Part shown: positions 62,433 through 64,000 of the stretch, one piece after another | Layout of the letters: each line of letters begins with the position of its first letter | How positions within the stretch are numbered: the stretch's first letter is position 1 | Assembly: GCA_051117555.1 (NCBI GenBank) | Contig: JBNPEG010000051.1 | Coordinates: forward strand, 1 to 64,000 | Length of the DNA stretch: 64,000 nt | Reading direction: 5' to 3' | Source of the DNA: Elainellaceae cyanobacterium | Lineage (GTDB): Bacteria > Cyanobacteriota > Cyanobacteriia > CAZCXK01 | The notes under the pieces: model-generated | The model's database searches: none | Told to the model about the DNA's origin: nothing | Seen by the model: the letters and a program-made list of their open reading frames with translations, nothing else | Made by a program: the position numbers and the translations under genes

Positions 62433-63680
62433 ATGACATCATCGACATCTAACCGATGCCAGGTGCCGTTCTGGTCGTTTTTAATGCCGTCATCGGGTTC
62501 CAAAACTCAGTGGGTTACTCGGTTTACGCAACAAGTTAGTAAAATTTCGCTATTTGTAGGCTTATCGGTTCTATTAGATGTAACAGCAGGTATCGCGTCC
62601 GCCCACGCTGAACTTGACCTGCGTGTAGCAATCGAAGAAGAAGTCAATCAGGTTCGCGTGGGTAGCTCGACGAAGGCACTACTACGGGATGCATCAGGGC
62701 AGGTTTTAGCTGAAATCCCTGCGGGCTATGTCGTGGTTCAAGAACAAGCCGGACAGGTCAAAGTCGATCGCTGGCAAGGGCGCCAGTTTTGGATTGAGCC
62801 AACCGAGAATGGATATACCTTTATCGATGGCAAATGGTATCGAGGTAAAGCCCAGGTGGTGGCAGCTGTTGGAGGATTAACGGCAGTTAACCATGTTGAT
62901 CTCGAACATTACCTGTATAGCGTCGTTGGCAGCGAAATGCCTGCTAGCTGGCCCCTCGAAGCCCTTAAAGCTCAGGCCGTGTCAGCTCGAACCTATGCCC
63001 TGTATCAACGCGAACATAACGCTAACACCGTGTTCGATGTTGGAGATACGACCGCATGGCAAGTGTATAAAGGGCTTGAAGAAGAAGCCATCAGCACCCA
63101 TGCTGCGGTCGATGCAACAACTGGACAAGTTTTAACCTATAGCGGACGAATCATTGAAGCCGTGTTTCATTCCTCATCGGGAGGACATACCGAAAATGTA
63201 GAGGATATATGGTCAGGTTCTCGTCCCTATCTTCGAGGGGTCGTAGATTTTGACCACTCAGCCCCGGTTTATCGCTGGGATGAAACCTTTTCGGCAGCTT
63301 CGTTAAAACAACGAATTTCGGGCGTTGGCAATATTATTTCTATGACTCCAGAGCAAACAACCCCCCGAGGTCGAATTGTCAGAATGCGGGTCGTTGGCGA
63401 TGAAGGAAGCCGAGTTCTCAGCGGGAATGAACTGCGCCGCGCTCTTAATCTAAAAAGCTCGTTATTCTCAATTGTTCCTCAAATGGGACGTGTTGCGAGC
63501 GCGGGCGACACAATTCCATCGCGCCCCGTAAGCTTTCGGGTCAGCGGTCGAGGGTTTGGCCACGGGGTTGGCATGAGTCAGTGGGGTGCGAATCAGATGG
63601 CGCAGCACGGCAATAACTATCAGCAGATTTTAGGTCACTATTACCAAAACACCACATTGTCTCGAATTCAAGTGGAATAA
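62433..63680 (+). CDS. SpoIID/LytB domain protein
   Basis: YLYSVVGSEM, EALKAQAVSARTYA, GFGHGVGMSQWGA; start uncertain. Confidence 0.93.
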   Translation: MTSSTSNRCQVPFWSFLMPSSGSKTQWVTRFTQQVSKISLFVGLSVLLDVTAGIASAHAELDLRVAIEEEVNQVRVGSSTKALLRDASGQVLAEIPAGYVVVQEQAGQVKVDRWQGRQFWIEPTENGYTFIDGKWYRGKAQVVAAVGGLTAVNHVDLEHYLYSVVGSEMPASWPLEALKAQAVSARTYALYQREHNANTVFDVGDTTAWQVYKGLEEEAISTHAAVDATTGQVLTYSGRIIEAVFHSSSGGHTENVEDIWSGSRPYLRGVVDFDHSAPVYRWDETFSAASLKQRISGVGNIISMTPEQTTPRGRIVRMRVVGDEGSRVLSGNELRRALNLKSSLFSIVPQMGRVASAGDTIPSRPVSFRVSGRGFGHGVGMSQWGANQMAQHGNNYQQILGHYYQNTTLSRIQVE

Positions 63681-63684
63681 TACC

Positions 63685-63999
63685 TTATCGTGACTTAGAG
63701 CGGTCCTCTAAGAGTCGCTGCCATTCGGAATCAATTCTGTCTGATTGCTCAGCTTCTTGAGCGATCAGATCGGTTTCCGTGGTGTAGATTAGGTCGTCTT
63801 CCGTGATGACGGTCTCAGCCGCAAATTGATGCGCATATTCAATCTTGTCCTGTAGCTCCTCAGACGGTCTGTCTAAAACACTGGCTCGTTCGAGCCGCTG
63901 CTCATTGCGAGCATCGACCTTGCGATTTCGCCACTGAATCCAGGCGTATCGAACTAGAGGTACTGTAACGAAGCCAATTCCGTAGGCTAGTAAAAACCA
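63685..63999 (-). CDS. 3' end of a membrane-associated protein (partial, begins beyond the window)
   Basis: Open frame WFLLAYGIGFVTVPLVRYAWIQWRNRKVDARN...IDSEWQRLLEDRSKSR-stop. Confidence 0.75.
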   Translation of the reverse strand, partial: WFLLAYGIGFVTVPLVRYAWIQWRNRKVDARNEQRLERASVLDRPSEELQDKIEYAHQFAAETVITEDDLIYTTETDLIAQEAEQSDRIDSEWQRLLEDRSKSR

Positions 64000-64000
64000 G

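Overview
Cyanobacterial chromosomal segment: the HIP1 octamer GCGATCGC recurs throughout, and psaE, psrp-3/ycf65, Tic20 and a pentapeptide-repeat gene are present. Most of it is housekeeping (rpsF, glyA, cinA, aroQ, larE, ilvD, dnaK, gap, atpD/atpC, miaB, murG, psaE, mutM, lspA, bioY, rnz). Accessory-looking modules are a membrane NACHT NTPase convergent with a membrane J-domain protein, a DUF2997-like/GrpE-like/atypical Hsp70 operon, three type IV pilin-like genes, and a two-SBP/vWA operon with no transporter. The most notable non-coding signals are (i) a ~350-nt structured, ORF-poor RNA candidate between the pilin cluster and murG, and (ii) at least eight ~90-95 bp intergenic elements in three subfamilies that share TATAGC...GCTATA-type ends and a variable central hairpin. 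No rRNA, tRNA, CRISPR array or transposase was recognised. All family assignments come from motif recognition by eye, not from database searches.
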